Shown here: positions 55,677 to 64,000 of the stretch, one piece after another | Layout: the number at the start of each line of letters is the position of its first letter | How positions within the stretch are numbered: the first letter of the stretch is position 1 | Assembly (NCBI GenBank): GCA_963695225.1 | Contig: OY968762.1 | Span: 1,664,001 to 1,728,000, forward strand | Reading direction: 5' to 3' | Length of the DNA stretch: 64,000 nt | DNA from: Vulcanimicrobiota bacterium | Lineage (GTDB): Bacteria > Vulcanimicrobiota > Vulcanimicrobiia > Vulcanimicrobiales > Vulcanimicrobiaceae | Position numbers and translations under genes: made by a program | The notes under the pieces: generated by a model | What the model saw: only the letters and a program-made list of their open reading frames with translations | The model's database searches: none | What the model was told of the DNA's origin: nothing

Positions 55677-56291
55677 ATGGAAGTACGCCGGGCTCTTGCA
55701 GACCTTGCGGAAGTCCGCGGCCGTATCGTTACGGTCCAGCGTTTTGACGGCTACTCCGGAAGCGCGGCGATCGCGAGCGGGGCCGTCGCCTGTGCGGTCG
55801 GCTTCGCCCAGATGGCTCTGTGCCCGTTCCCTTCGGCGCTGCTCGACAAGCAGCGCTACCTCGCAATCTGGCTGACCTGCCTCGGCGTCGCGCTCGTCAT
55901 CAACTACGGCGCGATCTTGGTCTGGCGCACTCGTAACCACAACGCGCTCGCCGACGTCCAGATGCGCAACGTCGGTATGAGCATCTTCCCGGCGGTCGCC
56001 GCCGGCGGCGTCATCACCGCCGCGCTCGTCATGCGCGGCCTCTACGGCTTGTTGCCGGGCATGTGGTGTGCGATCTACGCGCTCGGCTTGTTCGCCTCGC
56101 GCTCCCAAGTCCCGCGCGAGGTCGTCTACGTCGCGATCGCGTTCGGCGCGGCGGCGTCCGTCTTGCTCTTCCTCCACGGCGATGCGGCGCTCGCCTGGTG
56201 GATCATGCCGCTCGCCTTCGGCGGGGGCCAAATCGCGATCGGTTCGCTCGTGCTCTCGGAAGCCGGTCGCGAACAGAAAGGCTTTCGATGA
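55677..56291 (+). CDS. Hypothetical multi-pass membrane protein
   Basis: About 6 TMs; ALADLAEVRGRI, LPGMWCAIYALG; ATGA overlap with the next gene. Confidence 0.8.
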   Translation: MEVRRALADLAEVRGRIVTVQRFDGYSGSAAIASGAVACAVGFAQMALCPFPSALLDKQRYLAIWLTCLGVALVINYGAILVWRTRNHNALADVQMRNVGMSIFPAVAAGGVITAALVMRGLYGLLPGMWCAIYALGLFASRSQVPREVVYVAIAFGAAASVLLFLHGDAALAWWIMPLAFGGGQIAIGSLVLSEAGREQKGFR

Positions 56292-56653
56292 ACTCGGCTC
56301 CATTCGCCTACGAGGGGCTCGAACGGATCTTCCACGAGCGCGGACGGCTCGCCGTCTGCACGGCGCTCGTCGCGGCCGACGCCGCGATGAGCTTCAAGGC
56401 GTTGCAGGAGGCGTGCGCCTTGACCGACGGCAACCTGAATCGCCACCTGCATGCGCTCTCCGAGATGGAGATCGTCGTACTCGAGCGCGTCCGCGGGAGC
56501 GGCCGCCCGACGACGCTCGTCCGCATCACGAAATCGGGGCGCGCGCGCTTCTTCGCCTACATCGACGAGCTCGAAGCGGTCGTTCGGGCCGTCCAGAGCA
56601 GCGCTCGCGAACAAGCCGGGACGACGTTCGGCAGATTGGCGGCACAATCATGA
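56288..56653 (+). CDS. Winged-helix (MarR/ArsR-like) transcriptional regulator
   Basis: IFHERGRL..SFKALQEACALTDGNLNRHLHAL..RPTTLVRITKSGRARF. Confidence 0.88.
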   Translation: MNSAPFAYEGLERIFHERGRLAVCTALVAADAAMSFKALQEACALTDGNLNRHLHALSEMEIVVLERVRGSGRPTTLVRITKSGRARFFAYIDELEAVVRAVQSSAREQAGTTFGRLAAQS

Positions 56654-57384
56654 TCGGCATCGAGCCGTACGTCGAGCGCGAGGCCGAGCGCCCGACGCCG
56701 CGCCACGTCGCCATCATCATGGACGGAAACCGGCGCTGGGCCCGCGAGCGCGGGCTTCCTTCGATCGAAGGGCACCGGATCGGAGCTCGCCGCCTGCGCG
56801 AGATCGCCCGCGCCGCCGCCGACGCCGGCATCGGCGTCCTCACGGTCTATGCATTCTCCGAAGAGAACTGGCGGCGAAGCCCGGCCGAAGTCCGGCTTCT
56901 GATGGAGCTCGTCGGGCTCTACGCGCGCAGCGAGCAGGCCGCGCTCGTCCAGGAGAACGTGCGCGTGCGCATCATCGGCCGGCTCGAACGGCTCCCGCAA
57001 GGGACGCGGCGCGCGCTCGAACAGCTCGTCGCTGCGACGGCCCACAACGCCCGCCTCCAGTTGAATCTCGCGATCGACTATAGCGCGCGCACGGAATTGT
57101 GCGATGCCGTTCGCGCGCTCGCCGCCGACGTTGCGGCCGGCAAACTCGACGCGTCAAAAGTGAGCGAGAAAGATATTTCCGGCTATCTTTACACGGCCGG
57201 GCAACCCGATCCCGACTTGTTGATCCGGACCGGGGGCGAATTGCGCCTCTCCAATTTCCTGCTCTACCAGGTCGCCTACACGGAGCTCTGGTCGACGCCG
57301 ACGCATTGGCCGGACTTCGATGCGAAACACCTCTTCCGTGCGATCGGGGACTTCACCAAGCGGGAGAGGCGCTACGGAACCTAG
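56650..57384 (+). CDS. uppS: cis-prenyltransferase (undecaprenyl/polyprenyl diphosphate synthase)
   Basis: HVAIIMDGNRRWA, YAFSEENWRRS, DLLIRTGGELRLSNFLLYQ, RERRYG. Confidence 0.93.
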   Translation: MIGIEPYVEREAERPTPRHVAIIMDGNRRWARERGLPSIEGHRIGARRLREIARAAADAGIGVLTVYAFSEENWRRSPAEVRLLMELVGLYARSEQAALVQENVRVRIIGRLERLPQGTRRALEQLVAATAHNARLQLNLAIDYSARTELCDAVRALAADVAAGKLDASKVSEKDISGYLYTAGQPDPDLLIRTGGELRLSNFLLYQVAYTELWSTPTHWPDFDAKHLFRAIGDFTKRERRYGT

Positions 57385-57426
57385 CCCGGACCAAGGCGGG
57401 CGGGCGGCCATGGTATACTGCTACCC

Positions 57427-59253
57427 GTGAATACTCGACCTGATATCCGGAACGTGGCGATCATCGCCCACGTCGACCATGGGAAAACGACGCTCGTCGA
57501 CGCGATGCTCAAGCAGAGCGGGGTCTTCCGCGAGGGGCAGGCGACCGGCACGCGCATGATGGATTCGAACCCGCTCGAACGCGAGCGCGGGATCACGATC
57601 CTCGCGAAGAACACCGCCGTCCGGCACGGCGACATCAAGTTCAACATCGTCGATACGCCCGGGCACGCCGATTTCGGCGGCGAGGTCGAGCGCGTGCTGC
57701 AAATGGTGCAGGGCGTGCTCTTGCTCGTCGACGCGGCGGAGGGCGTGATGCCGCAAACGCGCTTCGTCTTGCGCAAGGCGCTCGAACTCGATCTGCGCGC
57801 GATCGTCGTCATCAACAAGATCGACCGCAAGGACGCGCGCCCGGCCGAAGTCGTCAACGAGGTCTTCGACCTGTTCATCGAACTCGGCGCCAGCGACGAG
57901 CAGGCCGACTTTTCGATCGTCTACACGAACGGGAAGCTCGGAATCGCGAAGCTTTCGCTCGACGACCCGAGCACGGACCTCGAGCCGCTGTTCGAGACGA
58001 TCCGGCGGAAAGTCCCCGAAGCGCCGGCCGAAGAGGGGCCGTTCCAAATGTTGATCTCGGCGATCGACCACAACAAGTACGTCGGGCGCATCGGGATCGG
58101 ACGCGTCTTCCGCGGCTCTGCGCGCCTGAACGCGCCGATCGCGAAGGTCACGCGCGAAGCGCACGTCGAGACGGGGCTGCGTTTGACGAAGCTGCTCACC
58201 TTCGCGGGCCTGGAGCGGATCGAAGTCGAGGAGGCGTCCGCGGGCGACATCGTCTGCGTCTCCGGGATCGAAGGGCTCAACATCGGCGACACGATCGCAG
58301 ACGCGCAGGCGCCCGAAGGGCTGCACGCCGTCGCCGTCGACGAACCGACCGTTTCGATGTCGTTCAGCGTGAACACGTCGCCGTTCGCGGGACGGGAGGG
58401 GAAGTACCTCACCTCGCGCCAGATCCGCGACCGTTTGATGCGCGAGTTGGAATCGAACGTCGCGCTGCGCGTCGAGGATACGGATAGCGCCGATACGTTC
58501 GAAGTGCGCGGCCGGGGCGAGCTGCATCTTTCGATTCTGATCGAGACGATGCGCCGCGAAGGCTACGAACTCGCCGTCTCAAAGCCTCAGGTGATCCTAT
58601 CGGAACGGGACGGCAAGAAGTTCGAGCCGGTCGAGTACGTCGTGATCGACGTGCAGGACGAGTACGCGGGGGCCGTCATCGAGGCGCTCGGCAAACGGAA
58701 GGCCGCGATGTCGAACATGTTCACCGTCGGCGAGACGCGCCGCCTCGAATACACGATGCCGACGCGCGCGATCTTCGGCTTGCGCGGCGAGCTGTTGACG
58801 CTCTCGCGCGGCACCGCCGTCATGTCGCACACGTATTACGACCACCGGCCGTGGAGCGGCGAAATCCCCGGGCGCAACGTCGGCGCGCTCGTAGCGAGCG
58901 AGACCGGCACGGCGACGGGCTACGCGCTGATGGGGCTCGAAGCCCGCGGGCGCTTCTTCATCGGCCCCGGCGTCGAGTGCTACGAAGGCATGCTCGTCGG
59001 CAGAGCCGGCGACGATAAGGATGTCGCCATCAACGTCGTCAAGGCGAAGAAGCTGACGAACATGCGAGCCGCCGGAACCGACGACAACGTGCGCCTCGCC
59101 CCGCCCGAGGAGATGTCGCTCGAGCGCGCGATCGAGTTCATCGAAGACGACGAACTCGTCGAAGTCACGCCGAAATCGATTCGCTTACGCAAGCGCATGC
59201 TCAACGAAACGGACCGCTTGCGCGCACGAAAAAGGGAACCGGCAAAAGTCTAA
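57427..59253 (+). CDS. typA: Translational GTPase TypA/BipA
   Basis: AHVDHGKTT, ERERGITILAK, DTPGHADFGGEVER, GRGELHL, KKLTNMRA, EVTPKSIRLRK. Confidence 0.98.
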   Translation: MNTRPDIRNVAIIAHVDHGKTTLVDAMLKQSGVFREGQATGTRMMDSNPLERERGITILAKNTAVRHGDIKFNIVDTPGHADFGGEVERVLQMVQGVLLLVDAAEGVMPQTRFVLRKALELDLRAIVVINKIDRKDARPAEVVNEVFDLFIELGASDEQADFSIVYTNGKLGIAKLSLDDPSTDLEPLFETIRRKVPEAPAEEGPFQMLISAIDHNKYVGRIGIGRVFRGSARLNAPIAKVTREAHVETGLRLTKLLTFAGLERIEVEEASAGDIVCVSGIEGLNIGDTIADAQAPEGLHAVAVDEPTVSMSFSVNTSPFAGREGKYLTSRQIRDRLMRELESNVALRVEDTDSADTFEVRGRGELHLSILIETMRREGYELAVSKPQVILSERDGKKFEPVEYVVIDVQDEYAGAVIEALGKRKAAMSNMFTVGETRRLEYTMPTRAIFGLRGELLTLSRGTAVMSHTYYDHRPWSGEIPGRNVGALVASETGTATGYALMGLEARGRFFIGPGVECYEGMLVGRAGDDKDVAINVVKAKKLTNMRAAGTDDNVRLAPPEEMSLERAIEFIEDDELVEVTPKSIRLRKRMLNETDRLRARKREPAKV

Positions 59254-59285
59254 CAAAACCCTTAGGCACCCCTCGCTCACTAGAG

Positions 59286-59314
59286 AGGCTCGGGCAGAAA
59301 CCCGGGCCTTTTTT
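59286..59314 (+). terminator. Intrinsic terminator after typA
   Basis: AGGCTCGGG-CAGAAA-CCCGGGCCT followed by a T-tract. Confidence 0.85.
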
Positions 59315-59530
59315 CCTAGATATAGAGGATGTCGCCACCTATTCGACTATTGCCGGGTCTACTATTGTCGGAAGACATAGTCGCTACCCGGGAGATTTGG
59401 CCCGAATACCAGCCCTGGCGCCGGTAGAATCCTCTACCGCCGGAAAGAAAGCCGTCCAGAGAAGGTCTTCACGCCATCCAATCGAAGCCCGGTAAGCCTT
59501 GCCAGCCATTCGGAAGGAGTTGCCCATCCA

Positions 59531-60823
59531 ATGTCCCCCGACAACCTGGAACTGAATTGGTCGACGCACCCGCGGTGGGATGGAATCCGGCGCCCCTACG
59601 GCGCCAAGGACGTTGCCCGCCTGCGCGGCTCCGTTCGCATCGATTACACGCTCGCGCGCCTCGGCGCCGAGCGCCTCTGGAAGTTGCTCCACGAGGAGAA
59701 CTACGTGGCGGCGCTCGGAGCCGTCACCGGGAACCAGGCCGTCCAGGCCGTCCGGGCCGGGCTCAAAGCCATCTACCTCTCCGGTTGGCAGGTCGCAGCC
59801 GACGCAAACCTCGCCGGGCAGACGTACCCCGACCAGAGCCTCTATCCGGCGAACAGCGCTCCCGCGCTCGTCAAGCGCATCAACAACGCGCTGATGCGCG
59901 CCGACCAGATCCAGACGATGGAGGGCGACGGCGACACGTACTGGTTCGCGCCGATCGTCGCCGACGCGGAAGCCGGGTTCGGCGGCGCGCTGAACTGTTT
60001 TGAGATCATGAAGGCGTTCATCGAGGCCGGCGCTTCGGGCGTGCACTTCGAAGATCAGCTGGCCAGCGAGAAGAAGTGCGGCCACATGGGCGGCAAGGTG
60101 CTCATCCCGACGAAGACCGCGATCCGCAACCTCGTCGCGGCGCGGCTCGCGGCCGATACGATGGGCGTCCCCACGCTGATCGTGGCGCGCACCGATGCGA
60201 ACGGCGCATTCTTGATCACGAGCGACGTCGATGAGACCGACCGGCCGTTCATCACCGGCGAGCGTACCGAGGAGGGCTTCTTCAAGATGCGCGGCGGGAT
60301 CGATGCCGCGATCGCCCGCGGCCTCTCGTACGCCCCGTATGCCGACCTCGTGTGGTGCGAGACGTCCGAGCCGAACATCGAGGAAGCGCGCCGCTTCGCG
60401 GCTGCGATCCACGCGCAGTTCCCCGGCAAGCTGCTCGCCTACAACTGCTCGCCCTCGTTCAACTGGAAGCTCAAGCTCTCGCAGTCCGACATCGACACGT
60501 TCCAGCAGCAGCTCGGCGCGATGGGGTACAAGTACCAATTCATCACGCTGGCGGGCTTCCACGCGCTCAACCACGGGATGTACGAGCTGGCCCGCGATTA
60601 CGCCAAGCGCGGGATGGCTGCCTACTCCGAACTCCAGGAAGCGGAATTCGCAAGCGAAACGCACGGCTACACGGCGACGCGCCACCAGCGCGAAGTCGGC
60701 ACCGGTTACTTCGACGCGGTCGCAACGGCCGTCTCCGAAGGGAAATCCTCGACGACGGCCTACCACGGCTCGACCGAAGAGGAACAGTTCCAAGCGGCCG
60801 CAGCCGCGCACGCCCACCACTAG
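59531..60823 (+). CDS. aceA: Isocitrate lyase
   Basis: [50 protein letters not shown]. Confidence 0.98.
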   Translation: MSPDNLELNWSTHPRWDGIRRPYGAKDVARLRGSVRIDYTLARLGAERLWKLLHEENYVAALGAVTGNQAVQAVRAGLKAIYLSGWQVAADANLAGQTYPDQSLYPANSAPALVKRINNALMRADQIQTMEGDGDTYWFAPIVADAEAGFGGALNCFEIMKAFIEAGASGVHFEDQLASEKKCGHMGGKVLIPTKTAIRNLVAARLAADTMGVPTLIVARTDANGAFLITSDVDETDRPFITGERTEEGFFKMRGGIDAAIARGLSYAPYADLVWCETSEPNIEEARRFAAAIHAQFPGKLLAYNCSPSFNWKLKLSQSDIDTFQQQLGAMGYKYQFITLAGFHALNHGMYELARDYAKRGMAAYSELQEAEFASETHGYTATRHQREVGTGYFDAVATAVSEGKSSTTAYHGSTEEEQFQAAAAAHAHH

Positions 60824-60832
60824 GCCCGAGGG

Positions 60833-61282
60833 TTGCGCGCGGTCGTCACCCGCGTCAACGGAGCCCGCGTCACGATCGAAGGCGAAGTCGCCGGAGAGAT
60901 CGGGCGCGGGCTCCTCGTCTTGCTCGGCGTCGCGCGCGACGACGGCCCGGACGACGCCCGCTACCTCGCGGCGAAGATCGCGGGTCTGCGCATCTTCAAG
61001 GACGCGGAGGGCGCCATGAACCTCGACCTCGGCGAAGCCGGGGGCGACATCCTCGTCGTCTCGCAATTCACGCTCTACGGGGACGCGCGCAAAGGGCGCC
61101 GGCCATCGTTCATCCACGCCGCCGGCGGTGAACTCGGCGAAACGCTCTACGAGCGCGTCGTCGCCGAGTTACGCGCGCTCGGGCACACGGTCGCCACCGG
61201 CCGCTTCGGCGCGACGATGGACGTCGCGTCGACGAATCACGGCCCCGTCACGATCCTCCTCGACAGCAAGCGCGGGTTTTGA
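60833..61282 (+). CDS. dtd: D-aminoacyl-tRNA deacylase
   Basis: LRIFKD..MN, VSQFTL, KGRRPSF, NHGPVT. Confidence 0.95.
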   Translation: MRAVVTRVNGARVTIEGEVAGEIGRGLLVLLGVARDDGPDDARYLAAKIAGLRIFKDAEGAMNLDLGEAGGDILVVSQFTLYGDARKGRRPSFIHAAGGELGETLYERVVAELRALGHTVATGRFGATMDVASTNHGPVTILLDSKRGF

Positions 61283-61299
61283 GTTTCCGAATCGCGGAT

Positions 61300-61542
61300 T
61301 CAATCGCGTGCGCCTGCCGTGCCATGCAAAGCGAGCAGCGCGGCGTGCGCTAGACTGTTCGCGCCGAGCTTTTCTTTCGCTACCGTGAGGTATTGGCCGA
61401 CCGTCCGCGGCGAGAGGCCGACGTGACTTGCGATCTGCTGCCGGCTGAGGCCCCGCGCATAATCTCGCAGGACGGCGATTTCGAGACCCGAGAGTTCGGC
61501 GCAACAGGCACGATGGTGCCGATCGAGACGCTTCATGCGCAT
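61300..61542 (-). CDS. Stand-alone LuxR-type HTH protein
   Basis: LSGLEIAVL..GLSRQQIASHVGLSPRTV..KLGANS; SD GAGG. Confidence 0.8.
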   Translation of the reverse strand: MRMKRLDRHHRACCAELSGLEIAVLRDYARGLSRQQIASHVGLSPRTVGQYLTVAKEKLGANSLAHAALLALHGTAGARD

Positions 61543-61761
61543 GGATCCTCGCCGTTTAGGGCTTCGGTGAATGCTGCGTGCCCGAACATCGTAACCGACC
61601 GGCGTCCTGCCGGCGTCCGACGCAGGTCACGGCGATCGTGCGCGTTTGCGTTCCCTTGTCAAGGCCAGCATGGCGTCAACCCTCCGCCTGCCCTCTGTTA
61701 AGGTCGGGGTCCGCAGCCGGGCGCCGGGATATCGGTGTGCCGGCTCGATCTGGAGGTGTCT

Positions 61762-62760
61762 ATGCCCGCAGTCAAGATCGACGAAGTCCAGAAGGCCATT
61801 TCGGCCACGAAGGCCGATTGGGTCGCGGAGGAAACCGCATTTCTCGACTCGCTCCGTAGCGACGACGACAAGAGCAGCCGCCTCGGCGTGATCGTCGACA
61901 AGGCGGCGCTCGAGAGGATCAAGGCGGCGCCGAAGCCCGACATTGCGAAGGCGATTGCCGAATTCGAGAGGCGAACCAACCAGCGTATCAGCATCCGCGG
62001 CACGCAAGACGCCGCGACCGGAGCCCTGACGCCGGCACCCGGCGGAGAGAAGGTCGAAACGATGAGCCGCGAGCTCCTCGCGAGGCCGTATCCGTTCCCG
62101 ATCCCCCCGTGGCTCCTCGCCGTCGATTGGCGGAATCGCAAGGGCCGCAACAACGTCACTCCCGTCAAGGATCAGGGCGATTGCGGCTCCTGCGTCGCGT
62201 TCGGAACGACGGGCGCGCTCGAATCCATGGTGTTGGTCGAGCACAACGTGACCTTCGATCTCTCCGAAGCGGAACTCCTCAATTGCGGAGGCGGGAGTTG
62301 TTCGGGCTGGTGGCCCGATGCCGCCATCTCGTATCTCGGGAGCAAGGGCATCGCGCAGGAGAGCAACTTCCCGTATCAGCCGCATAACATGCCCTGCAGC
62401 CCGGGGCCCGAGCGCGACGGTGAAGCGATTCAAATCAGCTCGCACATCACGCTCAGCGACGTGACGCAGCGCAAGCAGTACATGACCAACATCGGTCCGA
62501 TGATCGCGGTCTTCGACGTCTACGACGACTTCTTCTCGTACTCGGCCGGCGTCTACCGGCACGTCTACGGCGGTCTCGCCGGAAGCCATTGCGTCGAAGT
62601 CATCGGCTACAGCAACCTGGGCCGTTACTGGATCTGCAAGAACAGCTGGGGCACGGGCTTCGGCGAATCCGGGTTCTTCTGCATCGCGTTCGGCGAGTGC
62701 GGGATCGACTCGACCTACCCGTTCTGGGGCGTCTCGGGAACGAAGTGGTACAATACGTAA
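61762..62760 (+). CDS. Papain-family (C1A) cysteine peptidase with N-terminal pro-region
   Basis: SD GGAGG; VDWRN, VKDQGDCGSCVAF, LSEAEL, HCVEVIGY, WICKNSWGTGFGESGF. Confidence 0.93.
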   Translation: MPAVKIDEVQKAISATKADWVAEETAFLDSLRSDDDKSSRLGVIVDKAALERIKAAPKPDIAKAIAEFERRTNQRISIRGTQDAATGALTPAPGGEKVETMSRELLARPYPFPIPPWLLAVDWRNRKGRNNVTPVKDQGDCGSCVAFGTTGALESMVLVEHNVTFDLSEAELLNCGGGSCSGWWPDAAISYLGSKGIAQESNFPYQPHNMPCSPGPERDGEAIQISSHITLSDVTQRKQYMTNIGPMIAVFDVYDDFFSYSAGVYRHVYGGLAGSHCVEVIGYSNLGRYWICKNSWGTGFGESGFFCIAFGECGIDSTYPFWGVSGTKWYNT

Positions 62761-63060
62761 GTGCCCGCTGAAGAAGAGCGACGCGTCGGCGTCGGACAGG
62801 CGTTCCACGTGCGGCTGGAGGGGACACCAACCGCAGGCTACACGTGGAACGCCGAACCTCCGAGCAGCGACGCCGTCGAGTTCCTAAAGCGCGACTTCGT
62901 CCCGCCCGGCTCGGGCACCGTCGGCGGCGCGGCCGCCAACGTGTTCCTCTATGCGGCGCGCCACGCGGGGACAGCCGAACTGCATTTCGTCTACCGCCGC
63001 CCGTGGGAATCCGACCGCCCGCCGCAACGCGAACATCACGTCCTCGTGCACGTCGAGTAG
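62761..63060 (+). CDS. Chagasin-family (I42) cysteine peptidase inhibitor
   Basis: TPTAGYTW, VGGAA, YRRPWE loops; starts immediately after the protease stop. Confidence 0.88.
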   Translation: MPAEEERRVGVGQAFHVRLEGTPTAGYTWNAEPPSSDAVEFLKRDFVPPGSGTVGGAAANVFLYAARHAGTAELHFVYRRPWESDRPPQREHHVLVHVE

Positions 63061-63116
63061 GTGAATCGGCGATTCCACGGCGAGCGCACCCTTCGACGAG
63101 CCGCTTCCATGTGGGA

Positions 63117-64000
63117 TTACGCTACGGTTTCCGGGATTCGGCTGGTTTCTGCAGCGAACGTCAGCTCGCCGCGTAGGGCGTCGTAGTCGACGAGGGCGCT
63201 GTCGCCTTCTTTGAGTTCGCCGCCGAGGATGCGGCGGCCGAGCGGGGTTTCGAGTTCGCGCTGGATCGCGCGTTTGAGCGGGCGCGCGCCGTAGACCGGA
63301 TCGTAACCGGTCTTCACGAGGTGCGTGCGCGCCGCCGGCGACAAGTCGAGCGTGATCCGCCGCTCGGCTAGGCGCACGCGGAGGCGTTCGAGTTGCAGTT
63401 CGAGGATGCGATCGAGCTGCTCTTCGCCGAGCGCGGTGAAGACGACGATCTCGTCGACGCGGTTGAGGAACTCCGGCCGGAAACTCCGGCGCAGTTCGTC
63501 GAGGACGGTCGCGCGCATGACGGCGTAGTCTGCCCCCGCGCCGTTCCCCGAGGCCGTCGCATCGAGGATGCGGTGCGAGCCGATGTTCGAGGTCATGATC
63601 AAAATCGTATTCTTGAAATCGACCGTGCGGCCCTGACCGTCGGTCAGGCGGCCGTCGTCGAGGATCTGCAGGAACACGTTGAAGACTTCGGGCGCAGCCT
63701 TCTCGATCTCGTCGAACAGCACGACCGAGAACGGACGGCGGCGCACGGCCTCCGTCAGTTGGCCGCCCTCTTCGAAGCCCACGTAACCGGGCGGCGCGCC
63801 GATCAGGCGCGAAACCGAGTGCTTCTCCATGTACTCCGACATGTCGATGCGCACCATCGCACGCTCGTCGTCGAACAGGTAGCTAGCGAGCGCGCGCGCG
63901 AGTTCGGTCTTGCCGACGCCCGTCGGTCCGAGGAAGATGAACGAGCCGATCGGCCGGTTCGGATCGGAGAGCCCCGAACGAGAACGGATCACGGCCTCGG
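63117..64000 (-). CDS. clpB: ClpB chaperone, C-terminal AAA+ domain (5' part outside the window)
   Basis: [57 protein letters not shown]. Confidence 0.9.
   Translation of the reverse strand, partial: EAVIRSRSGLSDPNRPIGSFIFLGPTGVGKTELARALASYLFDDERAMVRIDMSEYMEKHSVSRLIGAPPGYVGFEEGGQLTEAVRRRPFSVVLFDEIEKAAPEVFNVFLQILDDGRLTDGQGRTVDFKNTILIMTSNIGSHRILDATASGNGAGADYAVMRATVLDELRRSFRPEFLNRVDEIVVFTALGEEQLDRILELQLERLRVRLAERRITLDLSPAARTHLVKTGYDPVYGARPLKRAIQRELETPLGRRILGGELKEGDSALVDYDALRGELTFAAETSRIPETVA

Noticed and set aside
1..64000. CRISPR array, tRNA, rRNA, IS elements
   Set aside because: No regularly spaced repeats, cloverleaf or rRNA signatures, or transposase motifs seen by eye; a covariance-model scan would be needed to exclude small RNAs

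Overview
High-GC bacterial chromosomal segment from a diderm: it encodes TolC, several outer-membrane beta-barrel-like proteins and lipoproteins. The gene set is reminiscent of Eremiobacterota/Vulcanimicrobiota, but that assignment is inference only. No rRNA, tRNA, CRISPR array or IS/integrase was recognised. Left to right: a secreted beta-propeller/phosphoesterase (partial) with a divergent GntR; a TolC-HlyD-2xABC-2 permease operon without an ATPase; an AdnAB/AddAB-type helicase-nuclease pair; small accessory genes (BON, GNAT, PLD-like, Uma2); a complete group 2a (Huc/Hup-type) [NiFe]-hydrogenase cluster with a divergent DUF1641-hypA-hypB arm; Spy/CpxP plus an OmpR-type two-component system; a candidate metal-redox island (outer-membrane channel, two tandem polyferredoxin membrane paralogues, a Cyc2-like CxxCH-porin and a VIT1 transporter, sharing a TGCGA-N6-TCGCA box); panB; a lipid-scavenging module (fadA/fadB-like, GDSL lipoprotein, unknown outer-membrane protein, fadD-like, sharing an ACTTGC-N5-RCAAG box); an aminotransferase; membrane protein-wHTH-uppS; typA; aceA; dtd; LuxR with a papain-like protease and chagasin pair; and the 3' end of clpB. 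The best candidates for undescribed biology are (1) the co-regulated Cyc2-like/polyferredoxin island, (2) the internally duplicated DUF1641 partner of the hydrogenase, together with a maturation protease lacking a canonical start codon and a TPR-NifU fusion, and (3) an outer-membrane protein occupying the FadL position of a lipase/beta-oxidation module. All calls were made by eye from motifs; no database searches were run.
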